This document shows positions 44,041 through 52,365 of a stretch of 64,000 nucleotides of DNA, in pieces. Both the position numbers and the translations under genes were made by a program. Source of the stretch: Polyangiales bacterium (GTDB lineage: Bacteria; Myxococcota_A; Polyangia; Polyangiales; Ga0077539); contig JBGARZ010000018.1 in the NCBI GenBank assembly GCA_044229975.1, forward strand, positions 111,482-175,481, read 5' to 3'. The stretch's first letter is position 1. Every line of letters begins with the position of its first letter. The notes under the pieces are model-generated. The model was not told where the DNA came from, did not search any database, and saw only the letters and a program-made list of their open reading frames with translations.

Positions 44041-45159
44041 TCAGTGCCCGCCGCCGCCGCCGTGGCCCGCCGGACGGGGCGCGCGCTCGGCCTCCGCCTG
44101 CTGCTCCACGAGGTTCCAGGGCCTGGTCGCGTAGACGTCCTCGAACATCGTGTTGAGCGCCGGCGCGGCGGCCTTCTCGGCGGCCTCGACCGTGCGCTTG
44201 ATCTCCGCCTCGACCTGCTCGGTCCAGGCCTTCTCCTGCGCGTCGTCCCAGAGCCCGAGGCCCTTCACGTGGGCGCGCAGACGCGGCACCGGGTCCTTCT
44301 CGCGCTCGGCCTTCATCTCCGCCTCGACGCGGTACGCCTTCGGATCATCCGAGGTGCTGTGCCCCGACAGCCGGTGCGTGAGCGCCTCGATGAGCGTCGG
44401 CCCCTCGCCGCGTCGACCGCGCTCGATGGCGTCGCGCGTCACCTTGATCATCGCGAGCAGGTCGTTGCCGTCGGCCCGCACGGCCTTCACGCCGTACGCA
44501 AAGGCCTTCTGCGCGAAGGTCTCGCTGCCCGTCTGCTGATCGACCGGCACCGAGATGGCCCAGCCGTTGTTGCGGCACAGGAACACCGTCGGGGTCTTGT
44601 AGACGCCCGCGAAGTTCATCCCGTTGTGAAACTCCGAGCTCGACGTCGCGCCGTCGCCGAAGAACACCAGCGACACGCTCTTGTCGCCCTTGAGCTTGCC
44701 CGCCCAGGAGAAGCCCACGGCCTGGGTGATCTGCGTTCCGATGGGCGAGCTCACCGAGCCGAACTTGTACGGCCGCCCCGAGTAGTGGTCGGGCATCTGG
44801 CGCCCCTTCACCGGGTCGTTGGCGTTGCCGTACATGTTGTCGAGGTACGTCTGCATGGGCATGCCGCGGAGCAGCAGCGCGCCGAACTCGCGGTAGCAGG
44901 GCCACAGCCAGTCGTCGTCGCCGAGCGCCGCGGCCGGGCCGAGGATGCACGCCTCTTCGCCGAGGCTGCCGATGTGGAAGCCGATGCGCCCCTGCCGCTG
45001 GAGGAGCACGAGGCGCTCGTCGAGCAGGCGGGTGAGCAGCATGTGCTTGAAGAGCTTCACCACCGTCTCGCCCGGGAGCTTCGGGTCGGTTGCCGGGTCG
45101 GCCTTCCCGTCGGGGCCGAGCACCGTCACCACGTCGTCGAGCACGAACTGCGTATCCAT
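44041..45159 (-). CDS. 2-oxoacid dehydrogenase E1 alpha subunit
   Basis: LQRQGRIGF; ThDP-binding GDGATS...NNGWAIS; HSTSDDP. Confidence 0.95.
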   Translation of the reverse strand: MDTQFVLDDVVTVLGPDGKADPATDPKLPGETVVKLFKHMLLTRLLDERLVLLQRQGRIGFHIGSLGEEACILGPAAALGDDDWLWPCYREFGALLLRGMPMQTYLDNMYGNANDPVKGRQMPDHYSGRPYKFGSVSSPIGTQITQAVGFSWAGKLKGDKSVSLVFFGDGATSSSEFHNGMNFAGVYKTPTVFLCRNNGWAISVPVDQQTGSETFAQKAFAYGVKAVRADGNDLLAMIKVTRDAIERGRRGEGPTLIEALTHRLSGHSTSDDPKAYRVEAEMKAEREKDPVPRLRAHVKGLGLWDDAQEKAWTEQVEAEIKRTVEAAEKAAAPALNTMFEDVYATRPWNLVEQQAEAERAPRPAGHGGGGGH

Positions 45160-45177
45160 CCCTCTATCGCTCCTCGA

Positions 45178-46116
45178 TCAAGGAACCACCGGCAGCGACC
45201 GATGCGGCTTCTGCGCGGGGGGTTCCGGGGTGTCCGTCGTCTTCTTCAGCAGCCCGTGGAGGAAGGCCTCCGCGGCCTTGTAGCTCGATCGCACCAGCGG
45301 CCCCGACGCCACGTAACGGAAGCCCATGGCCAGGCCCTCGTCACGCAGCACCGCGAACTCCTCCGGCGTCACGAAGCGCACCACCTCGTGGTGCTTCGGC
45401 GTGGGCCGGAGGTACTGCCCCAGGGTCAGCACGTCAACGCCCACCGCGCGCAGCGCCCGCATGGTCTCCAGGAGCTCCTCATGCGTCTCCCCGAGGCCCA
45501 CCATGATCGAGCTCTTGGTGTACGTCTCGGGCGACACCTTCTTGGCGTGGCGCAGCACCGCGAGCGACTTCTCCAGCGAGCACCGCGCGTCGCGCACCGT
45601 GCGCTGGAGGCGCGCGACGGTCTCCACGTTGTGGGCGAACACGTCGGGCTTCCCCTCCGTGACGGCCGTGGCGACGTCGTCGAGGCTGCCCTGGAAGTCC
45701 CCGAGCAGCGCCTCGATGAGGATGCTGGGCGAGTGGGTGCGGATGGCCCGCAGCGTCTCGGCGACGTGGGCCGCGCCGCCGTCGAGCATGTCGTCGCGGT
45801 CGACCATCGTGATGACCACGTATTCGAGGCCCATCGCGGCGATGGTGCGGCCGGTGTGCTCTGGCTCGCGCGGGTCGTACGCGCCCATCGGGTTGCCCGT
45901 GGTGACGGCGCAGAAGCGGCAGCCGCGGGTGCACACGTCGCCGAGGATCATGATGGTCGCGGTGCCGGCACCCCAGCACTCGCCGACGTTGGGGCAGCGG
46001 GCTTCCTCGCAGACGGTGTGCAGCTCGTAGCGCCGGAGGGTGTCCTTGATGTGCGTGTAGCGCTCTCCGCCCGGGGCGCGGACCTTGAGCCACTCGGGTT
46101 TGCGCTCCATTGCCAT
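45178..46116 (-). CDS. lipA: Lipoyl synthase
   Basis: KPEWLK, CEEARCPNVGEC, CTRGCRFC, RSSY. ATG 46116. Confidence 0.96.
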   Translation of the reverse strand: MAMERKPEWLKVRAPGGERYTHIKDTLRRYELHTVCEEARCPNVGECWGAGTATIMILGDVCTRGCRFCAVTTGNPMGAYDPREPEHTGRTIAAMGLEYVVITMVDRDDMLDGGAAHVAETLRAIRTHSPSILIEALLGDFQGSLDDVATAVTEGKPDVFAHNVETVARLQRTVRDARCSLEKSLAVLRHAKKVSPETYTKSSIMVGLGETHEELLETMRALRAVGVDVLTLGQYLRPTPKHHEVVRFVTPEEFAVLRDEGLAMGFRYVASGPLVRSSYKAAEAFLHGLLKKTTDTPEPPAQKPHRSLPVVP

Positions 46117-46202
46117 CGCGACACCTCTCGGGCCTTGGCGGTGGGCCTCGGCGGGCGCGGAAGCTAGGGCACGGCAGGGAGGCGAGTCAATCGGAGTGCG
46201 CT

Positions 46203-48686
46203 CTACTCCGCCGACACGAAGCGCCACTGCTCGATGCCCTCGCCGAAGCGAACGCCGGGCCCGTTGTCCCAGCCCTTGAGCGCGGGCACCACGACGTAGC
46301 GGTCCGACCCGAAGGCCAGCGAAAGCAGCGGCAGTCGCTCGGTGAAGAGCACCAGCAGCCTCGTGCGGAGCTGGAGCTGTCGCTCGGGGAAGAGCGCCCG
46401 CTCCTCGCGCTCGGCGAGCGAAGCGACCGCGTCGTCGAAGGCCGCCGTGCGCGCAGTGAGCGACGTGCGCGCACCATCACGAGGCAGATTCCAGAGGCGA
46501 CGGGACTCGGTGTCGCGCTCGGCCATGAGCGTGTGCAGCAGCATGCCGCCGTGGTCGCGGCTGCGGACCAGCGCGTTGACCGTCGGCACCTCGTGGTCTT
46601 CCACCACCACTCCCACCGCCGTCCACGCCTGCGCGATGAGCCGCGCGGCCTGCCGCTCGACGGCGCCCGCTCCGTGCGTGAGCCGCAGCGTCTGGCCCGC
46701 CACCCCGGCGGCGGTGAGCGCCTCGCGCGCGGCGTCCTGATCGAAGGGCGTCCGCTGGATGCCCGCGGGCTCATCCCCCGGCATCGGAACCACCGCGGGA
46801 CGCCCCACCGGCCCGAAGAGCGCCTCGGCGAGCGCGTCGCGATCGATGGCCTGGAGCAGCGCCGTCCGCACGGCGACGTCCTGGACGAAGGGCGCCGCGG
46901 GGTCGGGCTGCAACACGAAGAGCTGGTTGGACGCGCGCTGCGACACCGCCTGCGGGCTGCGCGTCCGCAGCGCCTCGGCCTCGGCGGTGGTGAGCGCGCT
47001 CGGCGCGAGGAGGTCGAGCTCGCCGCGCTCGAAGGCCTGCGCGAGGGCGGCGTGGTCGGCGATGCAGCGCACCTCGACGCGCGCGATGGCGGGCGGGCGC
47101 CCGAGGAAGTAGCGGTTGGCCTCCATGACGAGCCCCTGCCCCGCGGTGAACGACACCACCCGGTACGGACCGGCGCTCGGCATCACCTGGGTACGGCGCG
47201 CCTCGGTGACGGCCTCGTAGCCGCCGCGGCGCATCACGTCGCCGAGGCGGTGGCGCGGCAGCGGGTTGAGGCCGTCGAGCGCGCTCGCGAGCACGGCGCG
47301 GTAGGTGATGCGGATGGTGCGCGCGTCGGGCGTCTGCACCGAGACCACGCGCGGGTCGGGCGATGCTTCGAGCGCGAAGCGGACGTCGTCGCTGGTGAGG
47401 GCGTGGCCGTCGCTCCAGTGCAGGTTGGGTCGCAGGTGCCAGCGCACCTCGAAGCGCCCGTCGGGGTGAACCTCCAGGCCGTCGTTGCCCACCGAGGGCA
47501 GGCCGTCCGCGAGGAAGGCCACGCGCGAGTCGTCGGGCGCGACGTGCACGAGACCGCGGCGCGCGCCGTAGGTGACGAGGCTGTTCATCAGGGTCGGGAG
47601 GTCCGACACGCCGACGCGGACCAGGGCGCGCGCGGAGGGAGAGCGCGGGGCGGCGACGAGCGCGGGCACCGGCAGAGCGGGCTGCGGGCGGGGCGCACGC
47701 ACGAGGACGGCGGTGACCACGACGGCGCCGAGCGGGAGCGCGAAGCGGGCGAGGCCGTCGATGCGACGCGCGGCGGGCTCGTGGCCGTTGCGGTGCAGCC
47801 AGTACACCGCGACGCTGATGAGGAGCGCGAGCGCGGTGACGGCGTAGGCGACGAGGAAGAGGGCGTCGGCGATGGTGAGGTAGGCGACGTCGGGGATGGT
47901 GCTCGCCACGCTGAACTGAAACGCAAAGCACGCGAGCAGGGCGGTGACGCCGATGCCCGAGCGGGCGTCGATGAGCTCGGCCGGGAGCAGCAGCGCGAGC
48001 AGCGCCACGAGGAGGATGAGCACCAGCGGGAGGAAGAGCTTGAGCGCGACGGTGATGACCGGGCGGCGCAGCGTGACCTCGAAGCGAACGCGGTGGACGA
48101 TGGTGTCCCGGCCCTCGTGCTGGAGGCTCCCGAGGTCGGAGGGGTATTCGAGCCGGGCGGTGCGGGGGCGGAAGTGGGGGGAGTAGTTCCAGCCGGTGAT
48201 GCTGAAGTGGGACTCCATGCCGCTGCCGGTGAGGTCGGGGATGAGCGTGCCGTCGCGCTCGGGCAGCTCGAACTCCACCCCGAGCGCCTGGTCGTCGAAG
48301 GGGAAGCGCTGGAGGGGAAACTCACCGCGGAGGGTTCCGCGCAGGCGCCACCGCCGGACGTGCCAGCCGTGGTCGTCCTCGGTGCCGAGGTCGTCGCGGT
48401 TGAGGTCGCTCTCGTTGGCGATGCGGAGAATGCCCGGGTCGAAGTCCCCGAGCCATTTCACCCACGCCTCCATGTCGACGTCGAAGGTCCCGTTGCGCTG
48501 GTCGAAGCGCGTGACGTCGCGGAGGTACACGCCGACGTACACCCGCTGTGCGGGGTCGGCCGCAGCCTCGCGCGGAGACGAGACCGCAAGCGCGACAAGG
48601 AGAGCGAAGACGAGCGGAGCGAGAAGAGAGCGGAGGGATGAACGCACTGCGGCGGCAGGTGACCACCGCGTCCGATGACGGGTCAA
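46203..48686 (-). CDS. Prokaryotic pentameric ligand-gated ion channel subunit fused to a C-terminal family-5 solute-binding domain
   Basis: Signal peptide; ECD beta1-2 VYVGVYLRDVTRFD; Pro-loop FPFDDQ; pre-M1 LRR; M1 LFLP; M2 RSGIGVTALLA; M2-M3 loop PDVAYLTIAD; M4; then SBP_bac_5 motifs (WSDGHALTSDDVRF, AGPY, VRTALLQAIDR). Confidence 0.88.
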   Translation of the reverse strand: MTRHRTRWSPAAAVRSSLRSLLAPLVFALLVALAVSSPREAAADPAQRVYVGVYLRDVTRFDQRNGTFDVDMEAWVKWLGDFDPGILRIANESDLNRDDLGTEDDHGWHVRRWRLRGTLRGEFPLQRFPFDDQALGVEFELPERDGTLIPDLTGSGMESHFSITGWNYSPHFRPRTARLEYPSDLGSLQHEGRDTIVHRVRFEVTLRRPVITVALKLFLPLVLILLVALLALLLPAELIDARSGIGVTALLACFAFQFSVASTIPDVAYLTIADALFLVAYAVTALALLISVAVYWLHRNGHEPAARRIDGLARFALPLGAVVVTAVLVRAPRPQPALPVPALVAAPRSPSARALVRVGVSDLPTLMNSLVTYGARRGLVHVAPDDSRVAFLADGLPSVGNDGLEVHPDGRFEVRWHLRPNLHWSDGHALTSDDVRFALEASPDPRVVSVQTPDARTIRITYRAVLASALDGLNPLPRHRLGDVMRRGGYEAVTEARRTQVMPSAGPYRVVSFTAGQGLVMEANRYFLGRPPAIARVEVRCIADHAALAQAFERGELDLLAPSALTTAEAEALRTRSPQAVSQRASNQLFVLQPDPAAPFVQDVAVRTALLQAIDRDALAEALFGPVGRPAVVPMPGDEPAGIQRTPFDQDAAREALTAAGVAGQTLRLTHGAGAVERQAARLIAQAWTAVGVVVEDHEVPTVNALVRSRDHGGMLLHTLMAERDTESRRLWNLPRDGARTSLTARTAAFDDAVASLAEREERALFPERQLQLRTRLLVLFTERLPLLSLAFGSDRYVVVPALKGWDNGPGVRFGEGIEQWRFVSAE

Positions 48687-48748
48687 GACGCGCGACCGCG
48701 GAACCTTCCGCCGCGCCCGTGGTCAGAGCCCGCGGAGACACCAACGCC

Positions 48749-50221
48749 ATGACGCAACCACACCTCACCCCGACGCGGCGCCGACCCGGCGCGATGACCG
48801 ACGCCATGACCGCCGCGAGGGCGATCGACACCGGCCCGAAGGTGCTTCGCATCGGCGTGATGGAAGGCACGCGCATGACCGCCGAGCGTGTGCTGCGAGA
48901 GCGCGTCGCGGTCTCCCTCGGCACCACCGAGCGCAACACCTTCACCGTCGCCGCGGAGGGATTGCCCGCCAGCGTGGAGGTGTTCTCCCTCGTGGGTGAC
49001 GGCTATGTGCTGCACATCGTCGAGGGCATGACCGGGCAGGTCGCGCTCCCCGATGGCATCCGCAGGCTCGACGAGCTTCGCAAGCACCCGAAGGCCACGC
49101 AGACGGCCACGGGTTGGCAGGTCGCGCTGCCCGAGAGCTCTCGCGGAAGGCTGTGCCTGGGCGGCGTGACGCTGCTGTTCCAGTTCGTGGCGGCGCCGCC
49201 CGCGCAGCCTCGGCCGCAGCTCCCGGCCGCCATCCGCGCGGGCTGGGTGAAGGGCATCGACTGGACCTACAACGGCTGCCTCTCGGCCTTCCTCGCGGTG
49301 GCCATCGCGGGCGTCGGCTACGTCGAGTACGGCTACGACCCCGTCGTCGACAACGAGCTCGCCCTCGACGACGCGCGCATCGTGCGGCTCATGGGCAGCG
49401 CGCCCGACGTCGAGCCCGAGCCCGAGCCCGCGCCCGACGCGCCGGCGACGGACACCGCCGCCGCCGCCACCGCCGCGCCGACGGCCGCCCCGCGACGCCC
49501 CGCGCCCGACCACCACGCCAACAACGCGCCCGCGCCCGACAACGCCACCCGACGGGCCGACCGCGCCGCGGCCGCCGCCACGCGCGCGGTCGAGGCCGCC
49601 ACCGCGGCCATGAACAACAGCGCGGAGTTTGCCGCCCTCGTGGCCAACGGCGGGCCGGGCGGCGCAGTCGACGCCCTCATCCACGGCGGCCTCATGACCG
49701 GCACGGCCGACGACCTGGCGAACCTCCCTGGCGTCACCACGGCGAGCAACGGTACCAACGTGCGCCGCAGCTCCATCGCCAGCGCCAACGGACCCGGCGG
49801 CCGCAACCTGGGCGGCGGTGGCCTCGTGAACTCGACGGGCAACACCATCGGCAGCGGGCCGGTGGAGGTGCGCGAGCGGCGGGTGGAGGTCGAGATGCCC
49901 CACGGAACCCCGCAACCCGAAGGCGGTGACGGCGAGGTGAACGGCGACGAGGTCGCCCGCGTGCTGCGCCGCGAGATCGGTGGCATCCGCGCCTGCTACG
50001 AGCGCGAGCTGCGCAACAACCCGACGCTCTCGGGTCGCCTGACGGTGAGCTTCACCCTCTCCGGCACCGGCCGCGCCCTCAACACAGCGGCCAGCGGCCT
50101 GCCCGCGGCGCCCGGGGTCGGGACGTGCGTGGTGACCCGGGTACGCGGCCTGGTGTTCCCGGTCGTGACGGGCGGAACCGTCGACTTCACCTTCCCCTTC
50201 ACCTTCGGCCCGGGCACCTGA
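48749..50221 (+). CDS. AgmX/PglI C-terminal domain membrane protein (gliding-motility Glt-like architecture)
   Basis: N-terminal PKVLRIGV...TLLFQFV domain, TM helix, Ala/Gly linker, IRACYERELRNNPTLSGRL...FPFTF. Start uncertain (48749-48806). Confidence 0.82.
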   Translation: MTQPHLTPTRRRPGAMTDAMTAARAIDTGPKVLRIGVMEGTRMTAERVLRERVAVSLGTTERNTFTVAAEGLPASVEVFSLVGDGYVLHIVEGMTGQVALPDGIRRLDELRKHPKATQTATGWQVALPESSRGRLCLGGVTLLFQFVAAPPAQPRPQLPAAIRAGWVKGIDWTYNGCLSAFLAVAIAGVGYVEYGYDPVVDNELALDDARIVRLMGSAPDVEPEPEPAPDAPATDTAAAATAAPTAAPRRPAPDHHANNAPAPDNATRRADRAAAAATRAVEAATAAMNNSAEFAALVANGGPGGAVDALIHGGLMTGTADDLANLPGVTTASNGTNVRRSSIASANGPGGRNLGGGGLVNSTGNTIGSGPVEVRERRVEVEMPHGTPQPEGGDGEVNGDEVARVLRREIGGIRACYERELRNNPTLSGRLTVSFTLSGTGRALNTAASGLPAAPGVGTCVVTRVRGLVFPVVTGGTVDFTFPFTFGPGT

Positions 50222-50264
50222 CGCCTGCGCCCATCGGCGCCGGTGTAGAAGACCGGCCACCCCG

Positions 50265-50960
50265 ATGGACTACCAACAGATCTACCGAGACGAGCCCGCC
50301 CGCTACGACGCGATGGTCTCGGCCGAGGACTGCGACGGCGCCCTGCCCTCGCTCCTCGCCGAGATCGCACCCGGACTCCGCGGAGGCCATGCCCTGGAGC
50401 TCGGCGTCGGCACCGGCCGGGTCACGCGGATGCTCCTGCGCGCGGGCGCGTCGGTGCGCGGCTGCGAGTACTCCCCCACGATGCTCGCCCTCGCTCGCGA
50501 GCGCCTCACCGCCGAAGGCTTCGCGGCCTCGTCGCTCGATCTCGTCGCGGGAGACGCCTACGCGCTGACCTTCCGTGAGGGGTGGGCCGACCTCGCGGTG
50601 GCGGGGTGGGTCTTTGGCCACGCGCTGCGCTGGCACCCCGACGACTGGCAGTCGCGCATCACGCACGCGCTCACGACGATGCGCCGCGCGCTCAAGCCGG
50701 GCGGGAGGCTGGTGGTGCTGGAGACGCTGGGAACGGGGTTTACCGAGCCCACCCCGCCGCCGGGCTTGGAGGTCTATCAGCAGTGGCTGGAGCGCGAGTG
50801 GGGCCTCGTGCGCCGGGTGTTGCGCACCGACTACCGCTTCGCGTCGGTGGACGAGGCAGCCGCGTCGATGGGCTTCTTCTTCGGCGACGCGATGGTCGAC
50901 CGCATCCGCGCCAACGGTTGGAGCCAGGTGCCCGAATGCACCGGCGCCTGGGTGGGCTGA
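50265..50960 (+). CDS. Class I SAM-dependent methyltransferase
   Basis: ALELGVGTGR, ALKPGGRLVV. Confidence 0.9.
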   Translation: MDYQQIYRDEPARYDAMVSAEDCDGALPSLLAEIAPGLRGGHALELGVGTGRVTRMLLRAGASVRGCEYSPTMLALARERLTAEGFAASSLDLVAGDAYALTFREGWADLAVAGWVFGHALRWHPDDWQSRITHALTTMRRALKPGGRLVVLETLGTGFTEPTPPPGLEVYQQWLEREWGLVRRVLRTDYRFASVDEAAASMGFFFGDAMVDRIRANGWSQVPECTGAWVG

Positions 50961-50964
50961 CGAA

Positions 50965-52365
50965 TCAATCGACGATGGGTGACCCGTTGAAGCCGCGGGT
51001 GATCACCGGCGCCGCGTCCGCCTCGGGCGCCGAGCGGCGCACCGAAACGCGACGCGCGGACTGACGACGCGGCGGGTGCGACACCGCGACGATGCGAAGG
51101 GTGCCCGCGTCGGGCGTGACCACCGCCTCGGGTGCGACTGCCCCAGCATCGGCGGCCGTCTCCGTCACCGCCGCGCGCGGAGCCTCCGTCGGAGCGACCT
51201 CGTGCCGTGGGCGCAGCACATGCGAGGTGGGCGGATCGTCAGTGCGCGGTCGCTCGGCGCGCGTGGCGGCGATGACCACGCCGACGGTGATGCACAGCGC
51301 GGCGACGATCGCGGAGAGGGTGCGCCCGTGACCCGTCGGGCGAAGGGGAACCCCCGACGAGACACCCTCCGTCCACGACGCCGAACGCCCTGCCCTGGGC
51401 TCCGCCTCCGGGCTCTCCACCGCGTCCTTGATCAACGCGGGAGCGCTGTCGGTGGCGACGCCCTTGGCGCTGGGGATCAAGCGGACGGCGTGCTGCGGGT
51501 CGACGTGGCGCCACACCTCCGTCGCGCGCAGGGCCTCGGCGAACTCCTCGACGGAGGGCCACCGGGCGTCGCGGTCCTGCGTCACCGCGCGCTGGATGAC
51601 CGCCACGAGGTCGGCCGGCAACGCGGGGTCGATGCTCGCAAGCGTGACCGGTTGGCCGAGGGCGATCTGCGTGAGCATGGCGTAGGGGCTCGGCGCCTCG
51701 AAGGGCGTCTTGCCCGTGAGCACCTCGTAGAAGACGACGCCCATGGACCAGACGTCGGTGCGGCCGTCGACGCCTCCCTCGGCGCGCACCTGCTCGGGGG
51801 ACATGTAGAGGGGCGAGCCGACGAGCGACCCGTTGGCGCTGCGGCGCTGGTTCTCGACGTCGGTGATCTTGGCCACGCCGAAGTCGATGAGCTTCGGGAC
51901 GACGCCCGCCGCGGTCTCGTGGAGGAAGATGTTGTCTGGCTTGATGTCGCGGTGCACGACGCCCTGCCGGTGCGCGAGCGCGAGCCCGTCGAGGATGGGC
52001 AGCAGCGTCGCGAGGGCGGCTTCGGGAGCGAGCGTTCCGACGACCCCCAGGCACGCCCCGAGGTCACCGCCCACGAGAAACTCCTGCACGCTGAACAAGA
52101 TCTGCTTCTCGGCGTCATCCCCGAGGTCGAGCACCTCGACGATGTTGGGGTGCTGGAGCTGCCCGGCCGCCTGCGCCTCCACCTCGAAGCGCCGAATCAC
52201 CGACGGCCGCGACGCCACCTCCGGCCGGATCGTCTTGATCGCCACGCGCCGCCGCGTGCGAATGTTTTCCGCCTCGTAGACGGTGCCCATGCCGCCCGCC
52301 GCCAGCTCGCGGATCACGCGGTAGCGCCCTCCGATGATCATCTCCTCGTCGGCTTCTTCGCTCAT
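50965..52365 (-). CDS. Hanks-type Ser/Thr protein kinase with TM helix and extracytoplasmic tail
   Basis: GGMGTVY, VAIK, HRDIKPDN, DFG, GSPLYMSPEQ. The ATG at 52365 overlaps the upstream stop; the ORF-track extension to 54495 is spurious. Confidence 0.92.
   Translation of the reverse strand: MSEEADEEMIIGGRYRVIRELAAGGMGTVYEAENIRTRRRVAIKTIRPEVASRPSVIRRFEVEAQAAGQLQHPNIVEVLDLGDDAEKQILFSVQEFLVGGDLGACLGVVGTLAPEAALATLLPILDGLALAHRQGVVHRDIKPDNIFLHETAAGVVPKLIDFGVAKITDVENQRRSANGSLVGSPLYMSPEQVRAEGGVDGRTDVWSMGVVFYEVLTGKTPFEAPSPYAMLTQIALGQPVTLASIDPALPADLVAVIQRAVTQDRDARWPSVEEFAEALRATEVWRHVDPQHAVRLIPSAKGVATDSAPALIKDAVESPEAEPRAGRSASWTEGVSSGVPLRPTGHGRTLSAIVAALCITVGVVIAATRAERPRTDDPPTSHVLRPRHEVAPTEAPRAAVTETAADAGAVAPEAVVTPDAGTLRIVAVSHPPRRQSARRVSVRRSAPEADAAPVITRGFNGSPIVD

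Noticed and set aside
41549..46116. 2-oxoacid dehydrogenase cluster without an E3 (lpdA) gene
   Set aside because: E3 is commonly shared and encoded elsewhere. Substrate specificity (pdh versus bkd) cannot be settled by eye, so no gene symbols were assigned.
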